Assembly (NCBI GenBank): GCA_965225085.1
Contig: CBDDBE010000002.1
Location: 6,014-70,013 of the forward strand
Source: an uncultured Candidatus Saccharibacteria bacterium
GTDB taxonomy: Bacteria; Patescibacteriota; Saccharimonadia; Saccharimonadales; EFPC-124
DNA: 64,000 nucleotides
Direction: 5' to 3'
Below are positions 47,267-57,133 of the stretch, piece by piece (the stretch's first letter is position 1; each line of letters opens with the position of its first letter). The translations under genes were made by a program, and so were the position numbers. The notes under the pieces were generated by a model. It saw nothing but the letters and a program-made list of their open reading frames with translations, was not told the origin of the DNA and searched no databases.

Positions 47267-49864
47267 ATGAGACAGATTTTGACAAAGATTTTCGGTGACC
47301 CGCAGGCCAAGATTTTAAAAAGGCTCAAGAAGCGTGTCGGATCCATCAACAGCTTGGCAGAGCACTACAAGGCTATGAATACGACCGAGCTGAAGAAGCA
47401 AACGCAACTGCTGAAGGACCGGTTGGGCAAGAAAGCAACGCTGGACGATGTCCTGCCAGATGCCTTTGCGCTTGTCCGTGAAGCGGCAGACCGCCAGCTA
47501 AAGATGCGGCATTTTGACGTGCAGCTGATCGGCGGAATGGCCTTGCACGAAGGAAATGTGGCCGAAATGAAGACCGGCGAGGGCAAAACCCTAGTCGCAA
47601 CACTGCCAATCTACCTGAATGCCTTGGAAGGCAAGGGCGTACATTTCGTCACCGTCAACGATTACCTGGCGCAGCGCGACGCTGGATGGATGGGCCCAGT
47701 GTACCATTTCCTAGGAATGAGCGTCGGCGTGGTTGTGGCCGACAAGTCGTTTATTTTTGACCCGAATCATCACAACGAAGAGCACGAAGATCCTCGCATG
47801 CAAAAGCTCAAGCCTTGCACGCGCAAGGAAGCCTATGCCGCCGACATCACATATGGCACAAACAACGAGTTTGGGTTTGATTACCTGCGAGACAACATGG
47901 TTGACCAGACCGATTTGCTGCGCCAGCGTGATTTGCACTTTGCCATCGTGGACGAGGCTGACTCTATTCTTATTGACGAAGCTCGCACGCCGCTTATTAT
48001 TAGCGCACCAGCCAGCGACAGTGGTCAGAGCTACGCCACATTTGCTGGCATTGCTCGCAAACTCGTGCCAGACGATTACATTCTGGACGAGAAGCGCAAA
48101 GCCGTTAGCTTGACGGACGAAGGCGTCGAAAAAGTCCAAAAGATGCTGGGTATTCAGAACCTCTATGCGCCCGACCATGTTCGCTCGGTGTACCACATGG
48201 ACCAGGCACTGCGAGCCGAGACGCTGTTCAAGCGCGATCATGACTACGTGGTGACCTCTGACAAAGAAGTCATCATTGTGGACGAATTTACTGGACGCCT
48301 CATGCACGGTCGCCGTTACAACGAAGGCCTACACCAGGCTATCGAGGCCAAGGAAGGCGTGCCTGTCTTGCAGGAAAGCATGACGCTGGCGACTATTTCG
48401 TTCCAGAACTATTTCCGATTGTACAAGAAGCTGAGCGGTATGACGGGAACGGCATTTACCGAGGCGGAGGAGTTCCAGCAAATTTACGGCCTCGATGTCA
48501 TTCAGATTCCGTCGAACAAGCCGATTATTCGTGAAGACAGGCCAGATATGATCTTCAAGACCGAGGCTGGCAAAATTCGTGCGATCGTCAGCGATGTGGC
48601 TGAGTTTCAGAAGAAGGGTCGCCCGGTATTGATCGGCAGCGCCTCTATCGAGAAGAATGAGCTCATCAGCCGGGCACTGACTAAGGCTGGCATCAAACAT
48701 GAGCTACTGAACGCCAAAAATAACGAGCGCGAGGCGTCAATCGTGGCACAGGCCGGCCAAAAGGGCGCGGTCACGCTCGCGACAAACATCGCTGGTCGTG
48801 GTACGGACATCGTACTGGGCGAGGGCGTGCGTGAACTTGGCGGCCTGGTTGTTATTGGTTCGGAGCGGCACGAAGCCAGGCGTATCGACAATCAGTTGCG
48901 TGGTCGTGGTGGCCGTCAGGGTGACCCGGGTTTGACGCAGTTTTATGTCAGTACTCACGACGATCTGATGCGTATTTTTCAAGGTGAACGCATCGCTGGG
49001 CTCATGGACCGGCTGGGCGTCGACGAGGAAACACCTATCCAGAACAGGGCTGTTAGTCGTACACTCGAGAGCGCACAGAAGAAGGTCGAGGGTTACAACT
49101 TTGACACACGCAAAAATGTGGTCCAGTACGACAATGTCATGAATCGACATCGTCGCGCTGTGTATGCCATGCGTCGGCAGATTTTGGAGCGCGATGACAT
49201 TAGCGCCGAGGTCAAGGAGCTGGTTGAGGAAGAGGTTCGCCAGCTGACTATCTTTGCACCAGAGAACCAGGCCGAATTTGCGGCCCAGTTCGAGCCCATC
49301 ATTCCGCTACAGAAGAAAGTACTCGAGAAGCTATCTGGTCAAACCAAAGAGAAAGAGCGCTTTGCGGCTGCGCTAAAGGCCACAACCAAGCTATACAAAG
49401 AACGCGAGAAAGACTTTACGCCAGAAATCGTCAGAAAACTTGAGCGCGAGATTTACCTGCAAGTACTCGACACGTTGTGGATGCAGCACCTCGAGAATAT
49501 GCAACATCTGCGCGATGGAATTCATTGGCGCAGCGTTGGTCAGCGTGATCCACTAGTCGAGTATCGTCAGGAATCGCAGCGGCTGTTCGAGCAATTGCAG
49601 GCAACACTACGCGAGGAAGTCGTGCGTGCCATCTTCCACGTATCGCGTCAGGATGTTTCCGGCCAGGACCAAAAGGAAGAAGAGTTTGATACTGAGTTGA
49701 CCCGTGCAGCCGAGAAGTCGGTCGAGCAAGGCGTCAACGAGATCGCCGATATGGATCGGCAAGTCAGCTTCGAGAAAAAGAATGAGAATTTGGCCAAAAA
49801 GAAAAAGGCCGAAACGCGCAAAAAGCACAAGCAGCAGCGCCAGAATCGCAAGAAACACAAGTAA
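47267..49864 (+). CDS. secA: Preprotein translocase ATPase SecA
   Basis: MKTGEGKTL Walker A, DEADSILIDEARTPLIIS and TNIAGRGTDI. K-rich C-terminal tail with no Cys/His zinc motif. Confidence 0.95.
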   Translation: MRQILTKIFGDPQAKILKRLKKRVGSINSLAEHYKAMNTTELKKQTQLLKDRLGKKATLDDVLPDAFALVREAADRQLKMRHFDVQLIGGMALHEGNVAEMKTGEGKTLVATLPIYLNALEGKGVHFVTVNDYLAQRDAGWMGPVYHFLGMSVGVVVADKSFIFDPNHHNEEHEDPRMQKLKPCTRKEAYAADITYGTNNEFGFDYLRDNMVDQTDLLRQRDLHFAIVDEADSILIDEARTPLIISAPASDSGQSYATFAGIARKLVPDDYILDEKRKAVSLTDEGVEKVQKMLGIQNLYAPDHVRSVYHMDQALRAETLFKRDHDYVVTSDKEVIIVDEFTGRLMHGRRYNEGLHQAIEAKEGVPVLQESMTLATISFQNYFRLYKKLSGMTGTAFTEAEEFQQIYGLDVIQIPSNKPIIREDRPDMIFKTEAGKIRAIVSDVAEFQKKGRPVLIGSASIEKNELISRALTKAGIKHELLNAKNNEREASIVAQAGQKGAVTLATNIAGRGTDIVLGEGVRELGGLVVIGSERHEARRIDNQLRGRGGRQGDPGLTQFYVSTHDDLMRIFQGERIAGLMDRLGVDEETPIQNRAVSRTLESAQKKVEGYNFDTRKNVVQYDNVMNRHRRAVYAMRRQILERDDISAEVKELVEEEVRQLTIFAPENQAEFAAQFEPIIPLQKKVLEKLSGQTKEKERFAAALKATTKLYKEREKDFTPEIVRKLEREIYLQVLDTLWMQHLENMQHLRDGIHWRSVGQRDPLVEYRQESQRLFEQLQATLREEVVRAIFHVSRQDVSGQDQKEEEFDTELTRAAEKSVEQGVNEIADMDRQVSFEKKNENLAKKKKAETRKKHKQQRQNRKKHK

Positions 49865-49872
49865 CCAGAAAT

Positions 49873-49899
49873 GAGAACGCCCCTAGCCCGGGCGTTCTC
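49873..49899. terminator. Hairpin between convergent secA and the GC-rich 153-aa gene
   Basis: GAGAACGCCC(49873-82)/GGGCGTTCTC(49890-99). Confidence 0.55.
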
Positions 49900-49949
49900 T
49901 TGTATCTGCAGAGAAGTGTGCCCAGGTAGGGGCTTGTCGTAGCGCGTGG

Positions 49950-50411
49950 CTACCTGTGCCACTCGCCGGTCAGGTTCTTGTCGAACCAACCGATGATCAG
50001 GCCGGCCAGCTCGCTGCTTGGGACGGCCACGACCTCCACGTTCTGGAAGTCGCAGGTGTTGTTGCAGGCCGTCACGCATCGGGGGCAGATCGGCCGGCGA
50101 CTGGTCGGGCTCGGTTGCTCGGAGTTGGTCAACGTCCAGACGCGCTCCGGCGTTCGTCCCTTGCCCTTGACGACCCTGAACGCGCGCACGATCATCCACA
50201 AGTGCTCGGACGTGTCGTTGACGTCGACGCAGTCGTAGCTGACGTACAGGGTGACACCGTCGCCGGCCATCGCGGCCAGTGGGGCTGCGTCGGACGGGGT
50301 CATCTTGTATGCGGCGATACTGTTCAGCTGGTCGTTCAGGTCGTACAGGAGCGTCGAGATCTCGACGAGTCGGATGGGCTGCGGGGTCGTGTCCGAGGGT
50401 GCGTTGCTCAT
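49950..50411 (-). CDS. GC-rich hypothetical protein (153 aa) with a Cys cluster CPRCVTACNNTC
   Basis: ATG 50411 behind GGAGGA. A spot count on line 50101 gives 41/60 G+C. No family recognised. Confidence 0.55.
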   Translation of the reverse strand: MSNAPSDTTPQPIRLVEISTLLYDLNDQLNSIAAYKMTPSDAAPLAAMAGDGVTLYVSYDCVDVNDTSEHLWMIVRAFRVVKGKGRTPERVWTLTNSEQPSPTSRRPICPRCVTACNNTCDFQNVEVVAVPSSELAGLIIGWFDKNLTGEWHR

Positions 50412-50565
50412 GGTTCCTCCAGGGAAGCTTGGGAGCGAATGCATTTACTATATCATAAAAATATAGTTTATGCAATATACAAAAATATGAAACGTGGCAG
50501 TTATATGTTCCGCCAGGGAGTGATATGATAGTTGGAAGAAGATTAACCTGGATACTTTTTGCCCT

Positions 50566-51852
50566 ATGAAACATTCCGTCGAAGAAGTTGTTCTTCAAAA
50601 TGGCAGTCGCGGCCTGTTGATCCACGTGCCAAATGCCACTGTTATGAGCTTTGATTTTGAGTTTCGCGCTGGGTATGAATATGCGCGTAGCGAGGACATT
50701 TACGAAACGCCGCACATCATGGAGCACATGGTGCTGGGTGCGAACGAGCAATTTCCGAATGCCAGGTTGTACAATGCCGAGCTCGAGAAAAATGGCGCAT
50801 ACAGCAACGCCAGCACTAGCACGGTTAGCCTAAAGTACGTCGCGGACTGCGCAGATTTTGAATGGGATCGCGTGCTCGGGCTCCTCCGTTTGGCCATAAC
50901 TAAGCCGCTATTCCTGCAGACCGAGTTCAAAGCCGAATACGGCAACGTGAAGGAAGAATTGACCGGGTATCTCAACAACCATGGCCGAGTGCTGTGGCAG
51001 CGCATAGGTCGCGAAAGTGGCGAGCGATTCCTGAGCGATGAGGCCCGTATGAAGACCATGCCAAATGTGAAGTTGCGTGATATCAAGGAGCACTACGAGC
51101 GAACTCACACCTCTGATAATCTGCGATTTGTGTTGGCCGGCAACATCAACACCGAGCGACGCGATCGAGTAGTTGCATCACTGGAGAAGTGGGAGCTCTC
51201 GCGTGGCGAGCGGTTTGCCATGAAGCGCGAAGAGCTAGTGGGCGCACCCGAGCCTATACACATTCTGCGCAAGGATGTCGAGAATTTGATTTTTGGTATG
51301 GCTATTGAGGCAAACTGGCGTTTTAGCGATGCCGAGCACGATGCTATGAAGGCGCTCAACCACATATTGACTGGAACGCTGCACTCGTTGATCTTGGGGC
51401 GAGCCCGCGAGCAAGGGCTAGTGTATGGTATGTGGTCGGATTTTCTGGTCAGTGACAGCACCAGCGAGTGGGATTTTGGTGGGCAGGTGAGCCTGAAGAA
51501 CGCACCAAAGCTCTTCGAGATCATAACCGAAGAAGTCGCGCGCGTGCTTAGCGGCGACATCAAGGCTAAAGACCTGGAGGCTTCGAAGCAGTTCGCGCTC
51601 GGTAAGCACCAGATGGGTTGCCAGACGGTTGGGTCAATTGCACATTGGTATGGCGACCGCTATTTCTTTGACGGCTACATCGATGACTATGCCAAGAGGC
51701 CAAAAGCGATTGAGGCCATCACCAAAGAAACCATCATTGGCGCAGCCAATAACCTGGTGAATGGCAAGCGTTGGGCATTTGGCGCGCTGGGGCAGTGCAA
51801 GCCGAGCGATTTGGGTGCGCTTCACAACCAGCTGGGCGGCCTATTTGTATGA
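50566..51852 (+). CDS. M16 (pitrilysin) family zinc peptidase
   Basis: Inverted zinc motif HIMEH with a downstream E. Length consistent with two domains. Confidence 0.8.
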   Translation: MKHSVEEVVLQNGSRGLLIHVPNATVMSFDFEFRAGYEYARSEDIYETPHIMEHMVLGANEQFPNARLYNAELEKNGAYSNASTSTVSLKYVADCADFEWDRVLGLLRLAITKPLFLQTEFKAEYGNVKEELTGYLNNHGRVLWQRIGRESGERFLSDEARMKTMPNVKLRDIKEHYERTHTSDNLRFVLAGNINTERRDRVVASLEKWELSRGERFAMKREELVGAPEPIHILRKDVENLIFGMAIEANWRFSDAEHDAMKALNHILTGTLHSLILGRAREQGLVYGMWSDFLVSDSTSEWDFGGQVSLKNAPKLFEIITEEVARVLSGDIKAKDLEASKQFALGKHQMGCQTVGSIAHWYGDRYFFDGYIDDYAKRPKAIEAITKETIIGAANNLVNGKRWAFGALGQCKPSDLGALHNQLGGLFV

Positions 51853-53159
51853 GCGAAAAGGTAGCGATTGTCGGCTATGGCGATGAAGGCCAAGCGGCCT
51901 ATCGCTATTTTGCGGCTCGGGGCGCAGACATTACGATTTTCTATAAACGGCGGCCGCTAGACTTGCCCGACGACGTCAAAGTTATTTTGGACGCGCACGT
52001 GACCGAGCTGCAGGGTTACGACGTGGTTGTGCGATCGCCGGCAGTCAGACCGGATAGTTTGCACACCGAGGGCCGAGTCACCTCTGTTACCAAGGAGTTC
52101 CTGTCTGTTTTTGGGACCGACAGGGTGATCGGCGTAACGGGCAGCAAGGGCAAAGGAACGACGTCGACGCTTATATACGAGATGCTCAGGGCTGCCGGTA
52201 TCCGCACACATCTGGCTGGCAACATTGGCGTGGCGGCACTGGACGTGCTGACGCAGCTTGAAGGCGGTGATGATTATGTAGTGCTCGAGCTGTCGAGCTT
52301 TCAGCTTTGGGATCTCGAGATGAGCCCGCATATCGCCGTACTGCTCATGATCGAGCCTGACCATATGGATGTGCATGCAACCATGGATGAATACGTTAAG
52401 GCAAAATCACAGATTGCAGCCCACCAAAAGGCAGATGACGTGTTAGTTTATTTACCGTCAAATCCCTTAACAGTTCGCGCTGCCACAGTATCAAAGGGCC
52501 ATAAAATACCGTACAGCGAAGCGCCGGGCGCACATATTGAGGATGATTTTATCGTGATTGACGGGCAGCGAATTATCGAAGTAAATCAGTTGGGGCTGAT
52601 TGGGCGGCATAACCTGGACAATGCTTGCGCTGCCGTAACCGCTACATGGCAGATAACGCAGGATATTCCAGCCATGCAACGCGCGCTTAGGGATTTCAAG
52701 GGCTTGCCGCATCGATTGCAGTTAGTGGGTGAGGTGAGTGGGGTGAGGTTTTATGATGACAGCATTGCCACAACGCCCGGCTCTGCCATTGCTGCACTTT
52801 GGGCGCTGGAGCAACCCAAAGTCATGATCCTGGGCGGTTCTGATAAGGGTGCTGACTTCACTGAGCTTGCCGGTGAAGTGAAGCGGCAGGGGGATGGCGT
52901 ACGCAAAGTCGTGCTAGTTGGCGATATGGCCGCCAAGATCCAAACTGCGCTTCATGTTGCTGGGGTAAACGACAAAGATTTGCTCTTACCCGGCAAGCCA
53001 AGCATGGACGAGATCGTTCGTCGGGCCATGGGCTATGTACAGGAAGGGGATGCGGTGGTGCTTTCTCCAGCCTGCGCTAGCTATGATATGTTCGCTAGCT
53101 ACCAGGACCGCGGAAACCAATTTATCGCCGCGATGAAGCGCCTGCCAGCACATGAGTAA
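51849..53159 (+). CDS. murD: UDP-N-acetylmuramoyl-L-alanine--D-glutamate ligase
   Basis: GVTGSKGKGTTS P-loop and the Mur ligase middle and C-terminal domains. ATGA overlap with the M16 gene. Confidence 0.9.
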   Translation: MSEKVAIVGYGDEGQAAYRYFAARGADITIFYKRRPLDLPDDVKVILDAHVTELQGYDVVVRSPAVRPDSLHTEGRVTSVTKEFLSVFGTDRVIGVTGSKGKGTTSTLIYEMLRAAGIRTHLAGNIGVAALDVLTQLEGGDDYVVLELSSFQLWDLEMSPHIAVLLMIEPDHMDVHATMDEYVKAKSQIAAHQKADDVLVYLPSNPLTVRAATVSKGHKIPYSEAPGAHIEDDFIVIDGQRIIEVNQLGLIGRHNLDNACAAVTATWQITQDIPAMQRALRDFKGLPHRLQLVGEVSGVRFYDDSIATTPGSAIAALWALEQPKVMILGGSDKGADFTELAGEVKRQGDGVRKVVLVGDMAAKIQTALHVAGVNDKDLLLPGKPSMDEIVRRAMGYVQEGDAVVLSPACASYDMFASYQDRGNQFIAAMKRLPAHE

Positions 53160-53781
53160 TCTGGGCATTTATGGCCCGAATTGGATTCAGTACGGTAACG
53201 GACTGACCAACAGCTTGCGAAATGGCATTCTCTAGGTATAAGTAGTGCGTGCAGGCCAGCGAAATAACGTCGATGCCGTCGTGCGCGAGCCGTTCGGCCA
53301 GGCCCACAGCTTCGCTTTCGTCGAAATCATGCGTTTCAATCTGGCCAGCCCAGGTAGAGCAGTCCGGTTCGGCAACGTGCAGATCGCCAGCCCATGTGCG
53401 CTTAAGCAATTTGTACCGACGGCTTCGTAGGGTGGCAGGCGTGGCCAGAACGGCAATTCGGCCATTTGTTGTCAGTGCGGCGGCAGTTTTGACCATTGGT
53501 TCAAAGCCAATAAATGGTAGATGCGGGTGCTTATCGCGCAGACTGCGTATGGCGACGGTCGTTGCGGTGTTGCACGCAATCACCACGACGTCGCAAGCAG
53601 AAACGAGCGGTAGGACCGCATCATGAGTAAGCCGCGTGATATCATCATCTGACCGCGACCCATACGGCGCGTTTAGGAGGTCATCGACAATCATAAATGT
53701 GTCCTGAGGGCGGAGTAAACGCAGCTGTTCTGCGACATAGCGCCCGCCAAAGCCTGTGTCGAATATGCCGATATGTGCCAT
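53122..53781 (-). CDS. murI: Glutamate racemase
   Basis: IGIFDTGFGG, VIACNTAT and LACTHY. Start trimmed to MAHIGIF. The 3' end overlaps the murD 3' end by 38 nt. Confidence 0.85.
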   Translation of the reverse strand: MAHIGIFDTGFGGRYVAEQLRLLRPQDTFMIVDDLLNAPYGSRSDDDITRLTHDAVLPLVSACDVVVIACNTATTVAIRSLRDKHPHLPFIGFEPMVKTAAALTTNGRIAVLATPATLRSRRYKLLKRTWAGDLHVAEPDCSTWAGQIETHDFDESEAVGLAERLAHDGIDVISLACTHYLYLENAISQAVGQSVTVLNPIRAINAQITHVLAGASSRR

Positions 53782-53835
53782 GACTACAATTATAGCGAAT
53801 AAGTTTGCGAGCGGCGCAATGGTATAGTAGTAGCA

Positions 53836-54921
53836 ATGGAAAAGATATTGCAACGTATAAAAGCGCTTAGTGCGCAATTGGACCAGGCTTGGCAAAAGCT
53901 TCGCGGCGACGATTTGGATCACGAGCGAGCAGCTTTGCAGGCGCAGATGGCCGCGCCGGATTTTTGGAATGACAATCAGCAGGCGCAAGTGGTTGCGAAG
54001 CAAGAGGCAAAGCTGCAGGCATTACTGACCCCGTGGATCGATATGCGTCGCGAGCTGGACGACCTGCGTGAACTTGCCGCGGATGGCGATAGCTCGCTGG
54101 AGGCAGAGCTGGGCGCACAGTTATCGAAAGTGGAGCAAGAATTTGAAGTGCGCAAGCGCGATCTGCTGTTCTCGGGCAAATATGATGACCACGATGCGAT
54201 TCTGCGGCTGAGCGCTGGTGCTGGAGGCACCGACGCGCAGGATTGGGCCAGCATGCTGCTGCGCATGTACACGCGTTGGGCGGAGCAAGCGGGTATGAAA
54301 GCTGAACTGCTGGAGCAGTCGACCGGGGAAGAGGCCGGAATCAAGAGCGCCGTACTGAGCGTAAGTGGCCCGTATGCCTATGGCAAGCTTCGCGGTGAAC
54401 ACGGTGTACATCGTTTGGTCCGATTGAGCCCATTCAACGCTGACAATTTACGCCAAACGTCATTTGCCCTGGTAGAGGTGCTGCCGCAAATCGATGCACC
54501 TGATGAGGTACAAATTGACGATAAGGATCTGAGGATCGACGTGTTTCGCGCAGGCGGTCACGGTGGGCAGTCGGTCAACACGACGGATTCTGCTGTTCGT
54601 ATTACGCACCTGCCGACCAATATAACCGTCAGCATCCAGAACGAACGTAGCCAGCTACAAAACAAAGAAACGGCTATGAAGGTGCTGCGTTCCAAGTTAG
54701 CGCAGCTGGCAGTCGAACAGCACCAAGAGCGCATCGACAAGCTGAAAGGCCCAACCAAATCGGCAGAATGGGGCGCCCAAATTCGCAACTATGTCCTGCA
54801 TCCGTACACGATGGTGAAAGATGCCCGTACTCGTCACGAGGAGCGTGACGCGCAGGCTGTGCTAGATGGCCGATTGGACGGATTCATTGGGGCGTATTTG
54901 GAGGCAGTGATTGCCGCATAG
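53836..54921 (+). CDS. prfB: Peptide chain release factor 2, encoded in one continuous frame
   Basis: SPF tripeptide (RLSPFNA) and GGQ ([11 protein letters not shown]). No in-frame TGA or frameshift site near codon 25. Confidence 0.95.
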   Translation: MEKILQRIKALSAQLDQAWQKLRGDDLDHERAALQAQMAAPDFWNDNQQAQVVAKQEAKLQALLTPWIDMRRELDDLRELAADGDSSLEAELGAQLSKVEQEFEVRKRDLLFSGKYDDHDAILRLSAGAGGTDAQDWASMLLRMYTRWAEQAGMKAELLEQSTGEEAGIKSAVLSVSGPYAYGKLRGEHGVHRLVRLSPFNADNLRQTSFALVEVLPQIDAPDEVQIDDKDLRIDVFRAGGHGGQSVNTTDSAVRITHLPTNITVSIQNERSQLQNKETAMKVLRSKLAQLAVEQHQERIDKLKGPTKSAEWGAQIRNYVLHPYTMVKDARTRHEERDAQAVLDGRLDGFIGAYLEAVIAA

Positions 54922-54950
54922 GTCGGTTGTTGTGTAAAACTAAAAGTTGA

Positions 54951-54988
54951 AGCCCCCGTTCACACCTTTTTAGGAGGCAACGGGGGCT
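54951..54988. terminator. Hairpin between prfB and the convergent RHH remnant
   Basis: AGCCCCCGTT(54951-60)/AACGGGGGCT(54979-88). Confidence 0.5.
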
Positions 54989-55042
54989 GCTATCGGCTGA
55001 CTCTAGCTGGAGGGGGTAAGAGTGTCTGTTCGGCGGTCGAGA

Positions 55043-55272
55043 TCAGACGAAGAATACTCGCACAAACTCACCGTCGGGTTGCCTGAAGTACACGGTGCCA
55101 CCGGATGCTTGAAGCTCAAGGACTTCATCGTAGAAATATACGGCATTGTTGATGGCGGTGGTCTGGTTGATGCCTCTGCGCCTTATCCTCGCTAAGGCCT
55201 TTGTGTCCTTTGGGACAGGTTGAGGCTGATCTTTTTCAGCCCGGAGGGCGCTGCATCATCGGGTTGACTCAT
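55043..55272 (-). pseudogene. Frameshifted ribbon-helix-helix (CopG/antitoxin-like) gene
   Basis: ATG 55272...KKISLNLSQRTQR then an in-frame TAG. The -1 frame continues ALARIRRRGINQTTAINNAVYFYDEVLELQASGGTVYFRQPDGEFVRVFFV to the TGA at 55043-45. The span is 230 nt, not a multiple of 3. Confidence 0.5.
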
Positions 55273-55452
55273 CGATTTGCCGCTCCAAACGGTACTCATG
55301 AGCTCTGTAGCTGGCAAAGGCCTAACGACTACAGTGATTGCCAAAGTCGGACGATACTATTTTACGATTATATTTGTTATAAGTCAATATTCTGGTGTTG
55401 TATCGCTATCGATCGTTGGGGTAATGCGCGTACCATATGCTACAATTGAAAG

Positions 55453-56139
55453 GTGATTTTACTCGACCGCGTGACAAAAATTTACGGAAAAGACAACAAG
55501 CCCGCACTCAATAGAGTTAGTCTACACGTCGAACCCGAAGAGTTCGTGATTTTGGTAGGGACGTCAGGGGCTGGCAAGTCGACATTGCTCAAGATCCTCA
55601 CGCGCGAGGAGCGACCAACTAGTGGCAAAATCGTCGTGGGCGGCATCGATTATGACACGCTAAAGGACCGCCACATTCCATTACTACGACGCAAGATTGG
55701 CGTGGTGTTTCAGGATTTCAAGCTTTTGCCACAACGCACCGTGTTCGAGAATATTGCCTTTGCGCTGGAGATTGTGGGGATGAGTAATCGCGAGATTCGC
55801 CACACGGTGCCAAAAGTGATCGAGCTCGTGGGTCTAACTGGCAAGGAAGACAAATTTCCCAGCGAGCTTTCTGGTGGTGAACAGCAACGCGTGGCGATTG
55901 CGCGTGCAGTTGTGCGCCAGCCCAAGATTCTGATCGCCGACGAGCCAACTGGCAACCTCGACCCCAAACACAGCTGGGATATCGTGCGCTTGCTGGAGAA
56001 GATCAATCGCTACGGAACGACCGTCCTACTTACCACGCACAACCAAGATATCGTGAACAAATTAAAACGCCGGGTGATTACCATCGACCACGGCAAGCTT
56101 ATTGCAGATGTCGCGCAAGGAAGTTATCAACAGGGATAG
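55453..56139 (+). CDS. ftsE: Cell division ABC ATPase FtsE
   Basis: [23 protein letters not shown] and [12 protein letters not shown]. Confidence 0.95.
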   Translation: MILLDRVTKIYGKDNKPALNRVSLHVEPEEFVILVGTSGAGKSTLLKILTREERPTSGKIVVGGIDYDTLKDRHIPLLRRKIGVVFQDFKLLPQRTVFENIAFALEIVGMSNREIRHTVPKVIELVGLTGKEDKFPSELSGGEQQRVAIARAVVRQPKILIADEPTGNLDPKHSWDIVRLLEKINRYGTTVLLTTHNQDIVNKLKRRVITIDHGKLIADVAQGSYQQG

Positions 56140-56143
56140 GTCA

Positions 56144-57079
56144 ATGAAACGAGCGTGGATTACATTACTCCGAGTATTCAAGTATGGCCTGAGCAACTTT
56201 ACGCGCAACGCGTGGTTGACAACCGCCGCGACGATTGTCATGACTATTACGCTGCTTATTATCATGACAACGGTGTTTACGCGGTTTGTTTTTAATGACA
56301 CCATCGATCAGGTTCGCCAAAAGATCGACGTTTCGGTTTACCTTAGCGACAATGACACGCCAGATCAGATTCTGCAGTTCGTGACGCAGGTCAAGGCTGT
56401 GCCGGTCGTTACCTCCGTAGAATATGTGTCTAAGGACCAAGCGCGAACCATCTTCGAGCAGCAGAACAAGGCCGAGATTCAGCAGCTGCAGGCGCTTGCC
56501 GAACTTGGGTCAGACAATCCATTTCCGGCTAGCCTCAAAATCAAGACCAAGGATCCCAATAAACTCCAGGCTCTCAACGCCGTCATAAATGATCCACAGA
56601 ATAAGAAGCTGTTGGATTCCTCCACGCCTACGTCATATTCGGGTGACCGCAAAGTAGCGATCGACCGCATCGCCAGCGTCTCACAGTTTTCGGAGACAGC
56701 GGGGCTGGTAGCGGCTGGAGTTTTTGTGGTGATTTCGATCATGATAGTCTTCAACACTATCCGCATGACCATCTTTAACCGGCGCGACGAGATTGAAATG
56801 ATGAAGCTGATCGGGGCCGAGAAGAGCTTTATCAAAGGGCCATTTGTGGTTGAGGCAGCGCTGTACGGCGTGCTGGCAGCGGCCGTATCAGTTATACTGG
56901 TATACGCTGTTCTGCTGCCGCGCGTGAATGCCCTGGCGCAGTACGAGATTGTGGTGAATAGTACTGTGCATTTCTTTCAGACGTGGCCGGTGGTTATCGT
57001 GCTTGCGCAGCTATTTGTGGGCGTGATGATCGGGGTTTTGTCTGCGCAGCTAGCCATCCGTCGCTATCTGAAATTGTAA
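56144..57079 (+). CDS. ftsX: Cell division permease-like protein FtsX
   Basis: One TM, a large extracytoplasmic loop, then three TMs. Follows ftsE. Start trimmed to MKRAWITLL. Confidence 0.9.
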   Translation: MKRAWITLLRVFKYGLSNFTRNAWLTTAATIVMTITLLIIMTTVFTRFVFNDTIDQVRQKIDVSVYLSDNDTPDQILQFVTQVKAVPVVTSVEYVSKDQARTIFEQQNKAEIQQLQALAELGSDNPFPASLKIKTKDPNKLQALNAVINDPQNKKLLDSSTPTSYSGDRKVAIDRIASVSQFSETAGLVAAGVFVVISIMIVFNTIRMTIFNRRDEIEMMKLIGAEKSFIKGPFVVEAALYGVLAAAVSVILVYAVLLPRVNALAQYEIVVNSTVHFFQTWPVVIVLAQLFVGVMIGVLSAQLAIRRYLKL

Positions 57080-57133
57080 GCATAAGCAACATTGACAGGG
57101 CACAAAGATCAGGATATTATGTTATTTACATAC

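Noticed and set aside
49648-50751. A 367-aa minus-strand ORF spanning the secA tail, the GC-rich islet and the M16 gene start.
   Set aside because: It crosses a terminator hairpin and a promoter region. It is R/P/G-rich junk in the ~68% GC segment, and the alternative frame 49950-50411 has a perfect SD. It is an artefact of stop-codon scarcity in GC-rich DNA.
53122-53159. The 38-nt convergent overlap of the murD and murI 3' ends as a possible regulatory antisense arrangement.
   Set aside because: It could simply reflect genome compaction, or a slightly mis-set murI stop context. No structure or motif supports a special function.
9267-54003. Long N-terminal extensions offered by the ORF track for rpsU (9267), nrdR (14163), parA (23491), parB (24284), rpmE (to 34149), rpsB (34810), prmC (to 31502), the FBP-like gene (45935), murD (51771), murI (to 54003), ftsX (56102), def (to 4148) and the methyltransferase (to 62167).
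   Set aside because: Family-conserved N-termini begin at internal start codons. The extensions overlap upstream genes, terminators or promoters.
55201-55449. Plus-strand ORF of 82 aa between prfB and ftsE.
   Set aside because: It overlaps the RHH remnant on the other strand and the ftsE promoter region. The translation is Cys/Trp/Ile-rich nonsense with no SD.
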